Assembly: GCA_963793725.1 (NCBI GenBank)
Contig: CAWCAY010000004.1
Location: forward strand, 113,295-177,294
Source: an uncultured bacterium
GTDB lineage: Bacteria; JAUVQV01; CAWCAY01
Reading direction: 5' to 3'
Length of the DNA: 64,000 bases
The notes under the pieces are model-generated. The model was given only the letters and a program-made list of their open reading frames with translations, was not told the DNA's origin and ran no database searches. A program made the translations under genes and the position numbers. Shown one piece after another: positions 49,587 to 58,469 of this stretch; position 1 is the first letter of the stretch; every line of letters starts with the position of its first letter.

Positions 49587-50332
49587 CGTGATCGGCGCGA
49601 ACCGCGGACGGGGATGCGGCCGTCAAGCAGAAATGCCGATCGCGGCGCCGGCGAGCCGGCAGGACTCCGGCGCGCGTTGCAGGGCGAGGCGGGCCGTTCA
49701 TGGCGGTCGCTGGCGCTGCGTGCTGACCGGCTGGTCTTCCTGGGCGTCCTGGTGGCCGTCGGGACGGTGCTGAGCCGGCGCGGTTCGGCCGGTGCCGGCG
49801 GACGCCCGGGAACCGGAGCGCTGACCGACCGGGCCGGCGATCGAGGCGCAGCAACCAGGCCCTGAGCGAAGAAGATGTCCGGCTTCGCGCCGAAGGGCCT
49901 GTACCTCGTCATCGACACCGGCCGCAACCGCCTTTTCTACAGGAAGGGCGAGCAGGTCGTGCGCGAGGCGGTCGTCTCGTGCGGCAGCGGCGGCGTCCTC
50001 GAGGACCCGAACGGCAAGCGGAGCTGGGTCTTCGACACCCCCCGGGGCGAGCCGCCGTCAAGTCCAAGGCCAAGAACCCGACCTGGATCAAGCCCGACTG
50101 GGCCTTCATCGAGGAAGGGGAAGCGATCCCGAAGAACTACGGCGACCGCGCCGAGGAGGGCGTGCTGGGGGACTACGCGCTCGGCATCGGCAACGGCTAC
50201 TTCCTGCACGGCACGCTCTACACCCGCCTGCTGGGGCGCAACGTGACCCACGGCTGCGTCCGGATCGGCGACGAGGACCTCGAGTACCTCTACAGGAACG
50301 TCCCGCTGGGCACGAAGGTCTACATCTTCTGA
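49576..50332 (+). CDS. L,D-transpeptidase (YkuD), membrane-anchored; apparent frameshifts, start uncertain
   Basis: LVIDTGRNRL, FDTPRG, NPTWIKPDWAF, catalytic FLHGT...VTHGCVR. Confidence 0.82.
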
Positions 50333-51018
50333 TGCGCCCCGCCCGCACCCTCGCCGGTGCCATCGCCCTGGCGATCTCCTGCCTCGCCGCTTCCGCGCCT
50401 GCCGGCGACCTGGCCGTGGAGAACCGCCTGCTGGAGGAGGAGATCACGCTGTCGAAGAGCGGCAAGCCGTACATCGTCATCGACCTCGCTGCCGGGGGCG
50501 TCCTGCTGAAGGTCAAGGGGGTGCTGTTGCGGACCTTCCCGATCGAGTCATGGCGCCTGTGGGGCGGCGCGGCCGATCTCCGGCCGCTGCTGCTCGCCGG
50601 CCGCAAGGCGACGCGGGAGCCGGAACGCCCCGAACTGCATCCCGAGGCGGCGCCCGCGCCGGGCACGCCGCCGAAGGCCGAACCGGAGCCTCCTCCTCCC
50701 CCGCCGGTGGACCCGGCCAAGCCCAAGGAACCCGATCTGGAGGCCCTGGAATTGCGGGACATGCCGATCGAGTACTACCTCGACCTGGAGGACGGCACGC
50801 GGATCATGGTCAAGAACGCCCCCGTCGGCTGGAAGGAGAAGCTCGGGCACGTCTGGTACCAGGTCAAGTGGTGGGTCGGGTCCCCCTGGCAGACGATCCG
50901 CCAAGGCATGCGCAAGCGGCACTACCGGGCGATGAGCATGATCCTCGCGCCCGAGGACGCCCAGGCCCTCTACTGGGCTTTCCCCGAAGGGACCCCCTGC
51001 ATCATCTACTCTCCCTGA
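50332..51018 (+). CDS. YkuD-like exported protein lacking catalytic His/Cys
   Basis: Signal peptide; YIVIDL; C-terminal ILAPEDAQALYWAFPEGTP aligns with the YkuD end but has no HG..HGC. Confidence 0.6.
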   Translation: MRPARTLAGAIALAISCLAASAPAGDLAVENRLLEEEITLSKSGKPYIVIDLAAGGVLLKVKGVLLRTFPIESWRLWGGAADLRPLLLAGRKATREPERPELHPEAAPAPGTPPKAEPEPPPPPPVDPAKPKEPDLEALELRDMPIEYYLDLEDGTRIMVKNAPVGWKEKLGHVWYQVKWWVGSPWQTIRQGMRKRHYRAMSMILAPEDAQALYWAFPEGTPCIIYSP

Positions 51019-51418
51019 GCACGGCCGGGAACCCGTCGCCGGCCGGCGACGGGCGGACGGGGCCGAACTGGCGCTCCGCGGGAGTCGTCCCGGAGAGGAT
51101 CGGCGGGAAGCCGACGAGATCGAAGAAGGAGAGGCGCAGGATCGGCTGATCCGGCTCGGGGCATAATAGCGGCCCATAGATCCAACCCGGACCGAGTCGG
51201 GGCATCTCGACCCTGAACCAGTCGCCCGATGTCTCGACCACCCGGACCCGGCGGCCCTCCTCGAACCTGGTCATGACCGGGTAGCCGGTCCCCGGCCCCG
51301 AGCGCACGTTGGCCTGGGACGTCACCACGGCGAAGCGCCCCTCCTCGAAGGCCGGGGCGGACGTCGCGACCGTGCAGGCGGCCAGCAGCGCCACCGCCGG
51401 AAACACACTCCGCTTCAT
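51002..51418 (-). CDS. Exported bacterial SH3 (SH3b) domain protein
   Basis: Signal peptide; ANVRSGPGTGYPV...GDWFRV...GWIY. Confidence 0.85.
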   Translation of the reverse strand: MKRSVFPAVALLAACTVATSAPAFEEGRFAVVTSQANVRSGPGTGYPVMTRFEEGRRVRVVETSGDWFRVEMPRLGPGWIYGPLLCPEPDQPILRLSFFDLVGFPPILSGTTPAERQFGPVRPSPAGDGFPAVLRESR

Positions 51419-51509
51419 GCCGTCATGGTATCATGTGCGGCATGGGACGCGCGACGGGGATTGCCCGACGTGGTGAAGCGGGGCCCGGGGTGCCGGCCGG
51501 GGGCGGCGC

Positions 51510-52760
51510 ATGACCGCTGACCGGCGGGAAGACGCCGGCGGACTGCTGGCCAGGGCCCAGCAGCGCGTCGACGGACGCCTCGCGGCCGGGACCTACTCCC
51601 GCGAGGATGTCGAGCGGGTCTCCGGGCTGGCCCTGGTGCTCAAGGAGAAGCGCGACTTCGGCCTCGACGTCGACGAGGGGGTGGCCTGGCTCCACGCCAA
51701 CTGGGACCCGACCCGCTCGGTCGAGATCAACTCGCACCGGCCGCTGGCCGGGAAAGTCATCGTCCCGGCCAAGAAGCTGCTGTGGCGCCTGCTCCGCCCG
51801 CTGGCCAAGCTGATGCTGCTCAAGCAGACCGAGTTCAACGGCCACGCCACGCACCTCCTGACCGTGGCCCTGAACGACCTGCGCGATCGGATGGACGACC
51901 GGGTTGAGCAGCGTCTCGACACGCTCCTGGTCAGCCATCACCAGTTGCAGCACGAGCACGACCTGCTGGCCGGCCGCTGCCGGGAATTGCGCCGGGAACG
52001 GGTCCGCCGGGAGGCCGCGGGAAGGGTGACGAACGAGGGAACGCCGCCGGCCGGGATCAGCCTGGAGGACCGCCAGCGGGGAGCCGACGCACCGGTCCCC
52101 GAATCGCCGCGCGACTACCTGGCGTACCTGGGCGGCCGCCAGCCGGTGCTCGATGCCGGCTGCGGGGAAGGGGATTTCCTGGAGACGCTGCGAGCGGCCG
52201 GGATCGCCGCCTGGGGGGTGGATGCCGACGCCGGCTTGGTGGCCCGCTGCCGCGGCCGGGGCCTCGACGCCCGACATGGGGACATGGTTGCCCACGTCGC
52301 CTCCCTCCCGGACGCCTCCCTGGGCGGGATCGTGTCGCTCCAGGTGGTCGAGCGCCTGTCCACCGACGACCTGAACCGCTTCTTCGCGCTGGCTCACCGG
52401 AAACTGGCCCCGGGCGGGTGCCTGCTGGTCGAAACGGTCAACCCGACGTGCCTGTGCACCTTCGCCGACACCTTCTACCTCGACCTGGCCCGCACCCGGC
52501 CGATCCACCCCGAGTCGCTCAGCTTCCTGGCCGAGTCGGTCGGCTTCTCCCCGGTGGAACTCCTCTGGAGATCGCCCGTGCCCCCCGAGTCGAAGCTGCG
52601 GGAGGTGGACATCTTCCACAGGGTCGGCACCTTCGAGGACGCCTTCCTGAACACCGTCAACGACAACTTCAACCGGCTCAACGAGTTGATCTGGGGGTAC
52701 CGCGACTACGCCATCGTCGCCTGGAAACCCGACGGCCGGGGGGAGACGAACCCCGCGTGA
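51510..52760 (+). CDS. Class I SAM methyltransferase with N-terminal coiled coil
   Basis: VLDAGCGEGDFL, QVVERL, LLVETVNP, FYLDLARTRPIHP, GYRDYAIVA. Confidence 0.85.
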   Translation: MTADRREDAGGLLARAQQRVDGRLAAGTYSREDVERVSGLALVLKEKRDFGLDVDEGVAWLHANWDPTRSVEINSHRPLAGKVIVPAKKLLWRLLRPLAKLMLLKQTEFNGHATHLLTVALNDLRDRMDDRVEQRLDTLLVSHHQLQHEHDLLAGRCRELRRERVRREAAGRVTNEGTPPAGISLEDRQRGADAPVPESPRDYLAYLGGRQPVLDAGCGEGDFLETLRAAGIAAWGVDADAGLVARCRGRGLDARHGDMVAHVASLPDASLGGIVSLQVVERLSTDDLNRFFALAHRKLAPGGCLLVETVNPTCLCTFADTFYLDLARTRPIHPESLSFLAESVGFSPVELLWRSPVPPESKLREVDIFHRVGTFEDAFLNTVNDNFNRLNELIWGYRDYAIVAWKPDGRGETNPA

Positions 52761-52761
52761 C

Positions 52762-53838
52762 ATGAGGATCGACCAGATCCTGCCCAACTTCTCGTACGGG
52801 GACGCCATCGGCAACGACACCCTGGCCCGGCGCAACACCCTCCGCCGCTGGGGCTTCGATTCCGATGTCTTCGCCCAGTACGTGCACGAGAAGATGGCTG
52901 CCGAGAGCCGTTTCTACGACGACTACCGGCGTTTCGACGACCCCGGCAACGTCCTCGTCTACCACTTCTCGATCGGCTCGACGATCAGCGCCTTCCTGGC
53001 CACCCTGGCCTGCCGCAAGGTCATCCAGTACCACAACATCACCCCGGCGGCCTTCTTCCGGGGGGTGAACCGGCGGGCCGCCTGGGAGTGCGAGCGGGGG
53101 CGCCGCGAGCTGGCCTCGCTGGCCGGGCGCACCGAGCTTGCGCTGGGCGACTCGGAGTACAACCGGCGGGAACTTGAGGAGCTCGGCTTTTCGCCCACCG
53201 GCGTGCTGCCGATCTTCGTCGACTTCGATGCGTACCGGGCCGCGCCGGACCGGGAGGTGCTGAGGCGCTACGCCTCGGGCGGGCCGGTCATCCTGCACGT
53301 CAGCCGGATGGCGCCCAACAAGCGAATCGAGGACCTGGTGCGGACCTTCTTCTTCGTCCGGCGCGTCAGGCCCGACGCGCGGCTGGTGCTGGTCGGGACC
53401 GAGGTCAACATGGAGAACTACGGGGGGGCGGTCCGGCGCCTGGCCGACGAGCTGGGGGTGGCCGACGGGATCGTCTTCGCCGGGCACGTCACCTTCCAGC
53501 AGCTGCTGGCCTACTACCGGTCGGCTTCGGTCTACCTGTCGATGAGCGAGCACGAGGGGTTCTGCGTGCCAATGGTCGAGTGCATGGCCATGGGCGTGCC
53601 GGTGGTCGCCCACGACGCCGGGGCGGTGGGCGAGACGATCGGCGATGCCGGAATCCTGTTCGGCGCCAAGGACCATCCAAACGTGGCCGAGCTGGTGCTG
53701 ATGCTGCTGGAGGACCGGACCCTGGCCGCCTCGCTGGTCACGGCCGGCCGCCAACGCCTGGAGCGCTTCGGCGTCCCCCGCCGCGAAGAGGCCTTCCGCA
53801 ATCACCTACAGTCCCTAGGGGTGCCCTTCTCGGGCTAG
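52762..53838 (+). CDS. GT4 glycosyltransferase
   Basis: GDAIGN, YHNITP, DSEYN, RMAPNKRIEDL, SEHEGFCVPMVE. Confidence 0.9.
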   Translation: MRIDQILPNFSYGDAIGNDTLARRNTLRRWGFDSDVFAQYVHEKMAAESRFYDDYRRFDDPGNVLVYHFSIGSTISAFLATLACRKVIQYHNITPAAFFRGVNRRAAWECERGRRELASLAGRTELALGDSEYNRRELEELGFSPTGVLPIFVDFDAYRAAPDREVLRRYASGGPVILHVSRMAPNKRIEDLVRTFFFVRRVRPDARLVLVGTEVNMENYGGAVRRLADELGVADGIVFAGHVTFQQLLAYYRSASVYLSMSEHEGFCVPMVECMAMGVPVVAHDAGAVGETIGDAGILFGAKDHPNVAELVLMLLEDRTLAASLVTAGRQRLERFGVPRREEAFRNHLQSLGVPFSG

Positions 53839-53863
53839 CCGGCCGGGCAAAGCCCGCCGCCGT

Positions 53864-53967
53864 CCTACGAGCGGCGGGGTGGCACCAACGGGGGACCCCC
53901 ACGAAGCGCGCAGCCGCAGGCGAGCACATCGTGGGGGTGGTTGGTGACAGGACCCCGCGCTGCTAGG
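53864..53967 (+). repeat. Structured hairpin element homologous to the apical part of the 40.5-kb RNA
   Basis: 53873-53960 aligns by hand with the reverse complement of 40474-40562 at about 74/89 identities, with compensatory stem changes. Confidence 0.75.
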
Positions 53968-54943
53968 AAGGTCCCACGGGCGGCCGCTTCTGGTCGTGCC
54001 AAGAGAAGCCCACCCAGATCATCCATCCGATAAGCCCCTCCACCAGCACCACGCCCATCTCCAGCCACGATATGGCTGCTCCCAGGTCGGCCGCCCCGGC
54101 CACCCCCCAGACGCCCAGGAAGGTGCCCATGGTGCCCTCGCGCAGCCCGATGCCGTTAATGGTCAGCGGGAGGCTGATCACCATGCGCGTCAGCGGGACG
54201 AAGGCGAAGTAAGCCAGCAGCGGGAGGTGTATCCCGAGCGAGCGGCCCAGGAACATGACGAAGAAGACCACGTTGGCCTGCAGGACGATGGTCAAACTGA
54301 GGACGGCCAGCAGTTGCCAGGGGGCGCCGAAGAATCCGGACAGCGGAGCGACCACCTTGTCCAGGATGGCCGCCAGCCTACCCAGGACCGGCCTTCCGGC
54401 GGTGGCCGAGCGGAGGCGCTCCAACCAGCCGGTGGAGGTGGTCAGGCGCCAGGCCAGGGCAAGCCCTGCGGCCGCCGCCAGGACGACCGGCAGCCACGGG
54501 ACCGGCAGGCTGAGGCGCGCCGAGGAGACCGGCAGGAAGACCAGTGTCAGGATCAGCAGCGCAAACAGACCGATGATCCGTTCCACCACGACGGTCACCA
54601 GCGACACCGACAGCGGGATCGATGTCCGGGGCACCAGGGCCGCCCTGACCGGGTCGGCGCCGACGGTCGAGGGGAAGAAGTTGTTCAGGAAGACCGAGTA
54701 GAGGTAGACCCGCATCAGGTAGAAGAGGGGCGGCGGCTGGCCGTGGACGCGGATCAGCACCCGCCAGCGCAGGGCGGTGATGAACGTCCCGAGGAAGAGG
54801 AGCGCCAGGGCCGCCAGGAGCCATCCCGGCGACACCGCCGCCAGGTGGCGGCCGATCTCGCGCAGGTCCGCGTTCCAGAAGACCGCCGCCAGCAGGGCCA
54901 GCGAGATGCCGACCCGAAGGGCGATCCTGGCCGCGCGGCTCAC
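53963..54943 (-). CDS. Lysylphosphatidylglycerol synthase TM / flippase-like membrane protein (UPF0104)
   Basis: ALRWRVL, FLNNFFPSTVG-D, ERIIGL, LPLTINGIGLRE. Confidence 0.85.
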   Translation of the reverse strand: MSRAARIALRVGISLALLAAVFWNADLREIGRHLAAVSPGWLLAALALLFLGTFITALRWRVLIRVHGQPPPLFYLMRVYLYSVFLNNFFPSTVGADPVRAALVPRTSIPLSVSLVTVVVERIIGLFALLILTLVFLPVSSARLSLPVPWLPVVLAAAAGLALAWRLTTSTGWLERLRSATAGRPVLGRLAAILDKVVAPLSGFFGAPWQLLAVLSLTIVLQANVVFFVMFLGRSLGIHLPLLAYFAFVPLTRMVISLPLTINGIGLREGTMGTFLGVWGVAGAADLGAAISWLEMGVVLVEGLIGWMIWVGFSWHDQKRPPVGPS

Positions 54944-55680
54944 GGTGTCCGCGACCGGGTCACCCGGGCCGGCGTGCCGACGGCCACCGTCAGCGGGGGG
55001 ATGTCGGCGGTCACCAGCGACTTGGCCCCGACGACGGCGTCATGGCCGACGGTCACCCCGTCCATGACCGTCACGTCCGCGCCGAGCCATACGCCGTGTT
55101 GAAGGCGGATGCCCCCCTTGGAGATCGACGGCTGCAGGATCACCGGCATGTCGGTCCGCGAGAAATCGTGGTTGCCGCCGGCCACAAGGTAGCAGTACGC
55201 GGCCAGCAGGCAGTGCTCTTCGAGGACGATGCTCGACTCGGAGTGGAGGATCGACAGTTGGCCGATGTTGCATCCGGCCCCGACGGCGATCTTTCCCCCC
55301 TTGCAGGAGAGGACCGCCCCGCGGTTGACGACGGTCCCCTCGCCGACGTCGATCCCCTCGGCGGAAGTCCCCTTGGCGTCGAGCACGGCGTAGTCGTCGA
55401 CGATCACCCGGCTGCCGAGGCGGATCCGGTGGGGTTGGCGCAGGGTCACCCCCCGGCCGAGGGCCACCTTCCGTCCGAACGACCCGAACAGTGGCCGGTA
55501 GAAGATGGACCGCAGCCCCAGGCCGAGCAGTCCGGGCAGGTTTCCCAGCAGCGTGGTGACCCCCTCGAGATAGAGGAAGTAGAGGAGCCCGCGGTCGCCC
55601 GCGACGAGGCGGCGGTACGATCGCCAGGGGGAGGTTCCCCGCCCGGTGAGGTTCGTCTGCAGTTCCGTCCCCTGCCTCAC
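54940..55680 (-). CDS. Hexapeptide-repeat acyltransferase
   Basis: Left-handed beta-helix repeats; IRLQHGVWLGADVTVMDGVTVGHDAVVGAKSLV; GTPAR. Confidence 0.88.
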   Translation of the reverse strand: MRQGTELQTNLTGRGTSPWRSYRRLVAGDRGLLYFLYLEGVTTLLGNLPGLLGLGLRSIFYRPLFGSFGRKVALGRGVTLRQPHRIRLGSRVIVDDYAVLDAKGTSAEGIDVGEGTVVNRGAVLSCKGGKIAVGAGCNIGQLSILHSESSIVLEEHCLLAAYCYLVAGGNHDFSRTDMPVILQPSISKGGIRLQHGVWLGADVTVMDGVTVGHDAVVGAKSLVTADIPPLTVAVGTPARVTRSRTP

Positions 55681-56654
55681 AGCCAGCCCTCCTTCCGGTA
55701 CCAGTCGACGGTCAGCCGCATACCCTCTTCAAGGCCCACCCGGGGCCGGTACCCAAGGATACGCCATGCCGCCTCGATGGAGAAGACCTGGGGGCGGGTG
55801 TAGAAGAGAAGGCGGCGGCGGGAGAGAGGGGGCGTGCCCGGCAGGTGCTTCCAGAGGGCCTCGATCGCCCAGGCCGCCGGGCGGGCCAGCGAGAGGGGGA
55901 CGGGGAGGCGGCGGAAGGGGCGACCCAGGGCGGCGGCGGCGGCCCGGCAGAGGTCGACCAGGGGCACCGGGCTTTGGGGGCCGAGGATGAAGGTGCGGCC
56001 GACCGCCCCGGGGTGGGTGGCGGCCAGGGCGATGCCGTCGGCCACGTCGTCGACGAAGACCGGCGAGAGCGGGGTCGATCCGTCACCGATCATCGGGAAG
56101 CGGCCGCAGCTGATGAGCCGGAAGAGCTTCAGGTTCTTCCGGTCGCCGGGGCCGTAGATCCAGGCCGGCCGGACCACCACCGCCGGCAGCCCCTGCTTCC
56201 CCAGCGCGCCGACCAGCTCCTCGGCGGCTTTCTTGGTCTCCTCGTAGACGTTGGTCGGGTGGCAGGGGGTCGTCTCGTCGGCCGGGAGGGTCGCCGGATG
56301 CCCGTAGACCCCGACCGAGGAGACGAGCACGAAACGGGGCGGCCGGGGCCGGGTCGAGGCCCACTCGGCCAGCATCCGGGTTCCCTCGATGTTGACCCGG
56401 CGGTAGTCCTCCGGCGGGGCGTCGTTGAGGATCGCGGCCGCGTGGACGACCGCCTCGACCGGCGGGAAGGTGGCCGGGTCGGGCATGAGCAGGTCTCCCA
56501 GCACCGGGGTGACGCCGCACCCGGCCAGGACCGACGACTGGTCGCCCCGGCGGCAGAGGCCGAAGACGCGGTGGCCGTCGGCCGCCATGCGTCGGGCGAC
56601 AGCGCTCCCCAGGAATCCGGCCGCCCCGGTCACCAGCACGTCCACGTCAGTCAT
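55677..56654 (-). CDS. NAD-dependent epimerase/dehydratase
   Basis: TGAAGFLG, VNIEGT, VSSVGVYG, YEETK, RPAWIYGPGD. Confidence 0.9.
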   Translation of the reverse strand: MTDVDVLVTGAAGFLGSAVARRMAADGHRVFGLCRRGDQSSVLAGCGVTPVLGDLLMPDPATFPPVEAVVHAAAILNDAPPEDYRRVNIEGTRMLAEWASTRPRPPRFVLVSSVGVYGHPATLPADETTPCHPTNVYEETKKAAEELVGALGKQGLPAVVVRPAWIYGPGDRKNLKLFRLISCGRFPMIGDGSTPLSPVFVDDVADGIALAATHPGAVGRTFILGPQSPVPLVDLCRAAAAALGRPFRRLPVPLSLARPAAWAIEALWKHLPGTPPLSRRRLLFYTRPQVFSIEAAWRILGYRPRVGLEEGMRLTVDWYRKEGWL

Positions 56655-57438
56655 CCTTGCGGGCGGTGACGAAGATGACGCTGCCGCGCGCGCCGAGGAG
56701 ACGGTCCGGCCAGGTGACCAGCAGCAGCAGCGGAAAGAGGAGCCGGTAGGCCATGATCAGCGAGGCGCTCCCCTCGGCTTCCTCGCGGCTCTGCGGGGCG
56801 ATGCTCCCCTTGCCGCCGCCCCGGAAACCCTTCAGGCGGCCGACCAGCGAGAAGGCGGCGTTGAGCAGCAGCTCGACCGTCTCGGTCAGCGGGCCGACGC
56901 ACGCGCCGTCGGACTCCACCCGGAATCCCGCCGCCGTGGTCATCCGCCGCAGTTCCCCAGGCGGGTAACCGTCACGCAGATGTCCGTAGCGCTCCCGCCG
57001 CATCCCTAAGAAGCGGCGCAGGCGGGCGCCGAGAGGGCCGGGAAGGCGCGGGGCCGAGATGATCGCCGGCCCTCCCGGGCGGGTCACCCGGAAGACCTCG
57101 CGCAGCAGGGCCTGATCGTCGGGCACGTGCTCGAGGTGGTCGACCAGCAGGACGCCGTCGAAGACGGCATCGGGGAACGGCAAGGAAGAGCCCATCCGAA
57201 CCACCGGGTCCCCGGTCAGTTCCCGGGTGGAGCGCAAGTGCCCGGCGTCCCCGTCGGCGTGGACGAAGGCGCCCGGGTGAAGGCGCTTCAGCTCGTGCGC
57301 CAGGACGCCCTTCTCGGGGCCGATCTCGAGATAGCGCCCGGGTCCCCACCGGCCGACCAGCGGCAGCAGCGCCCGCAGCTTGGCCCGCTTCTTCAGCGAC
57401 AGGCGGCCGAGGCGCACCTGCCAGGGGAGGCCGCTCAC
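56647..57438 (-). CDS. Class I SAM-dependent methyltransferase
   Basis: YLEIGPEKG, LPFPDAVFDGV...LEHVPDD...EVFRVTRPGG. Confidence 0.82.
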   Translation of the reverse strand: MSGLPWQVRLGRLSLKKRAKLRALLPLVGRWGPGRYLEIGPEKGVLAHELKRLHPGAFVHADGDAGHLRSTRELTGDPVVRMGSSLPFPDAVFDGVLLVDHLEHVPDDQALLREVFRVTRPGGPAIISAPRLPGPLGARLRRFLGMRRERYGHLRDGYPPGELRRMTTAAGFRVESDGACVGPLTETVELLLNAAFSLVGRLKGFRGGGKGSIAPQSREEAEGSASLIMAYRLLFPLLLLVTWPDRLLGARGSVIFVTARKDD

Positions 57439-58469
57439 AGCCCCGAGCCCTCCTTCTTCCCCAGCAGGCGAGGCAGCAGGCGGTAGCCGCCCAGCGTCTC
57501 CTTGACGAAGGTGCGCAGGTTGGGGGTCGGCACGCCCAGGAAGGTCGGCCGGCGGATCTGGTCGCAGGCGGCGCAGGGGAGCAGGTCATCCACCTGTCCG
57601 GCGGCCATCCGACGGCGCAGTTCACGCAGCGGGGCTCCGTTCCAGATCTCGGCCACCGACTGGCGGTTCAGGTTCCCGACGGCCAGGCGGCCGTGGAAGT
57701 CCTGCGGGCACGGGGCGACGGTGCCGTCGGCGAAGACCACCAGGGCGAACCAGGGGAAGGTGCAGGGGGTGAAGCGCCGCCGGTCGGGGGCCAGGCCGGA
57801 AGCGACCGTGCCGGCCCAGTTGTGGGGCGCCTTGACGATGAACTTGTCCAGCCCCTGGGCGACCAGGCGGGACTTCAGGGATTCCCGGGCGGCGGCTGCA
57901 TCGGGCCGGGTGACCTCCTCGAAGCCGATCGTCTCGAAGACGGTCAGCGGCAGGGGCGACCGGCGCTCCCTCTTCCGGCGCAGGAAGCCCTCGATGTTGG
58001 CCAGGGTGGCGTCGAAGTCGGCCCCCCGGCGTATGGCGGCATAGTCGGCCGGGGTGAAGCCGTCGAACGAGAAGGAGATCAGGTCGAGCCCGGCGTCGAG
58101 CAGGGCCTCCCCCTTCCCGGCGTCGAGCAGGGTGGCGTTGGTGTGCAGCCTGGTGGCGATGCCGGCGGCCTTCGCCTCGCGGACCATTGCCGCCAGGTCG
58201 GGGTGCAGCAGCGGCTCCCCGCGGTGGTGCAGGTTGGCGTCGTAGGCCTGGCCGGCGATCTGCCCGACGAGCGACCGGAAGAGGGGCATCCCCATCACCG
58301 CCGTGGCCGGGCGGTCCTCCAGGCTGTTGGGGCACATCACGCAGCGCAGGTTGCAGCCGTTGGTCGGCTCGATCCAGAAGCGGAAGGGAGGGTAGCCGGG
58401 TCCGGCCTTCCCCAGGCGGTAGGCGGCGAAGATCTCCGCCAGGCGGCGGTAGCGCGCGACGGCGTTCAC
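57435..58469 (-). CDS. Radical SAM protein with SPASM/twitch domain
   Basis: IEPTNGCNLRCVMCP; GEPLLHP; C-terminal CTFPW...PCPQD...VGNL...EIWNG...CAAC; GTG start 58469. Confidence 0.9.
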   Translation of the reverse strand: MNAVARYRRLAEIFAAYRLGKAGPGYPPFRFWIEPTNGCNLRCVMCPNSLEDRPATAVMGMPLFRSLVGQIAGQAYDANLHHRGEPLLHPDLAAMVREAKAAGIATRLHTNATLLDAGKGEALLDAGLDLISFSFDGFTPADYAAIRRGADFDATLANIEGFLRRKRERRSPLPLTVFETIGFEEVTRPDAAAARESLKSRLVAQGLDKFIVKAPHNWAGTVASGLAPDRRRFTPCTFPWFALVVFADGTVAPCPQDFHGRLAVGNLNRQSVAEIWNGAPLRELRRRMAAGQVDDLLPCAACDQIRRPTFLGVPTPNLRTFVKETLGGYRLLPRLLGKKEGSGL

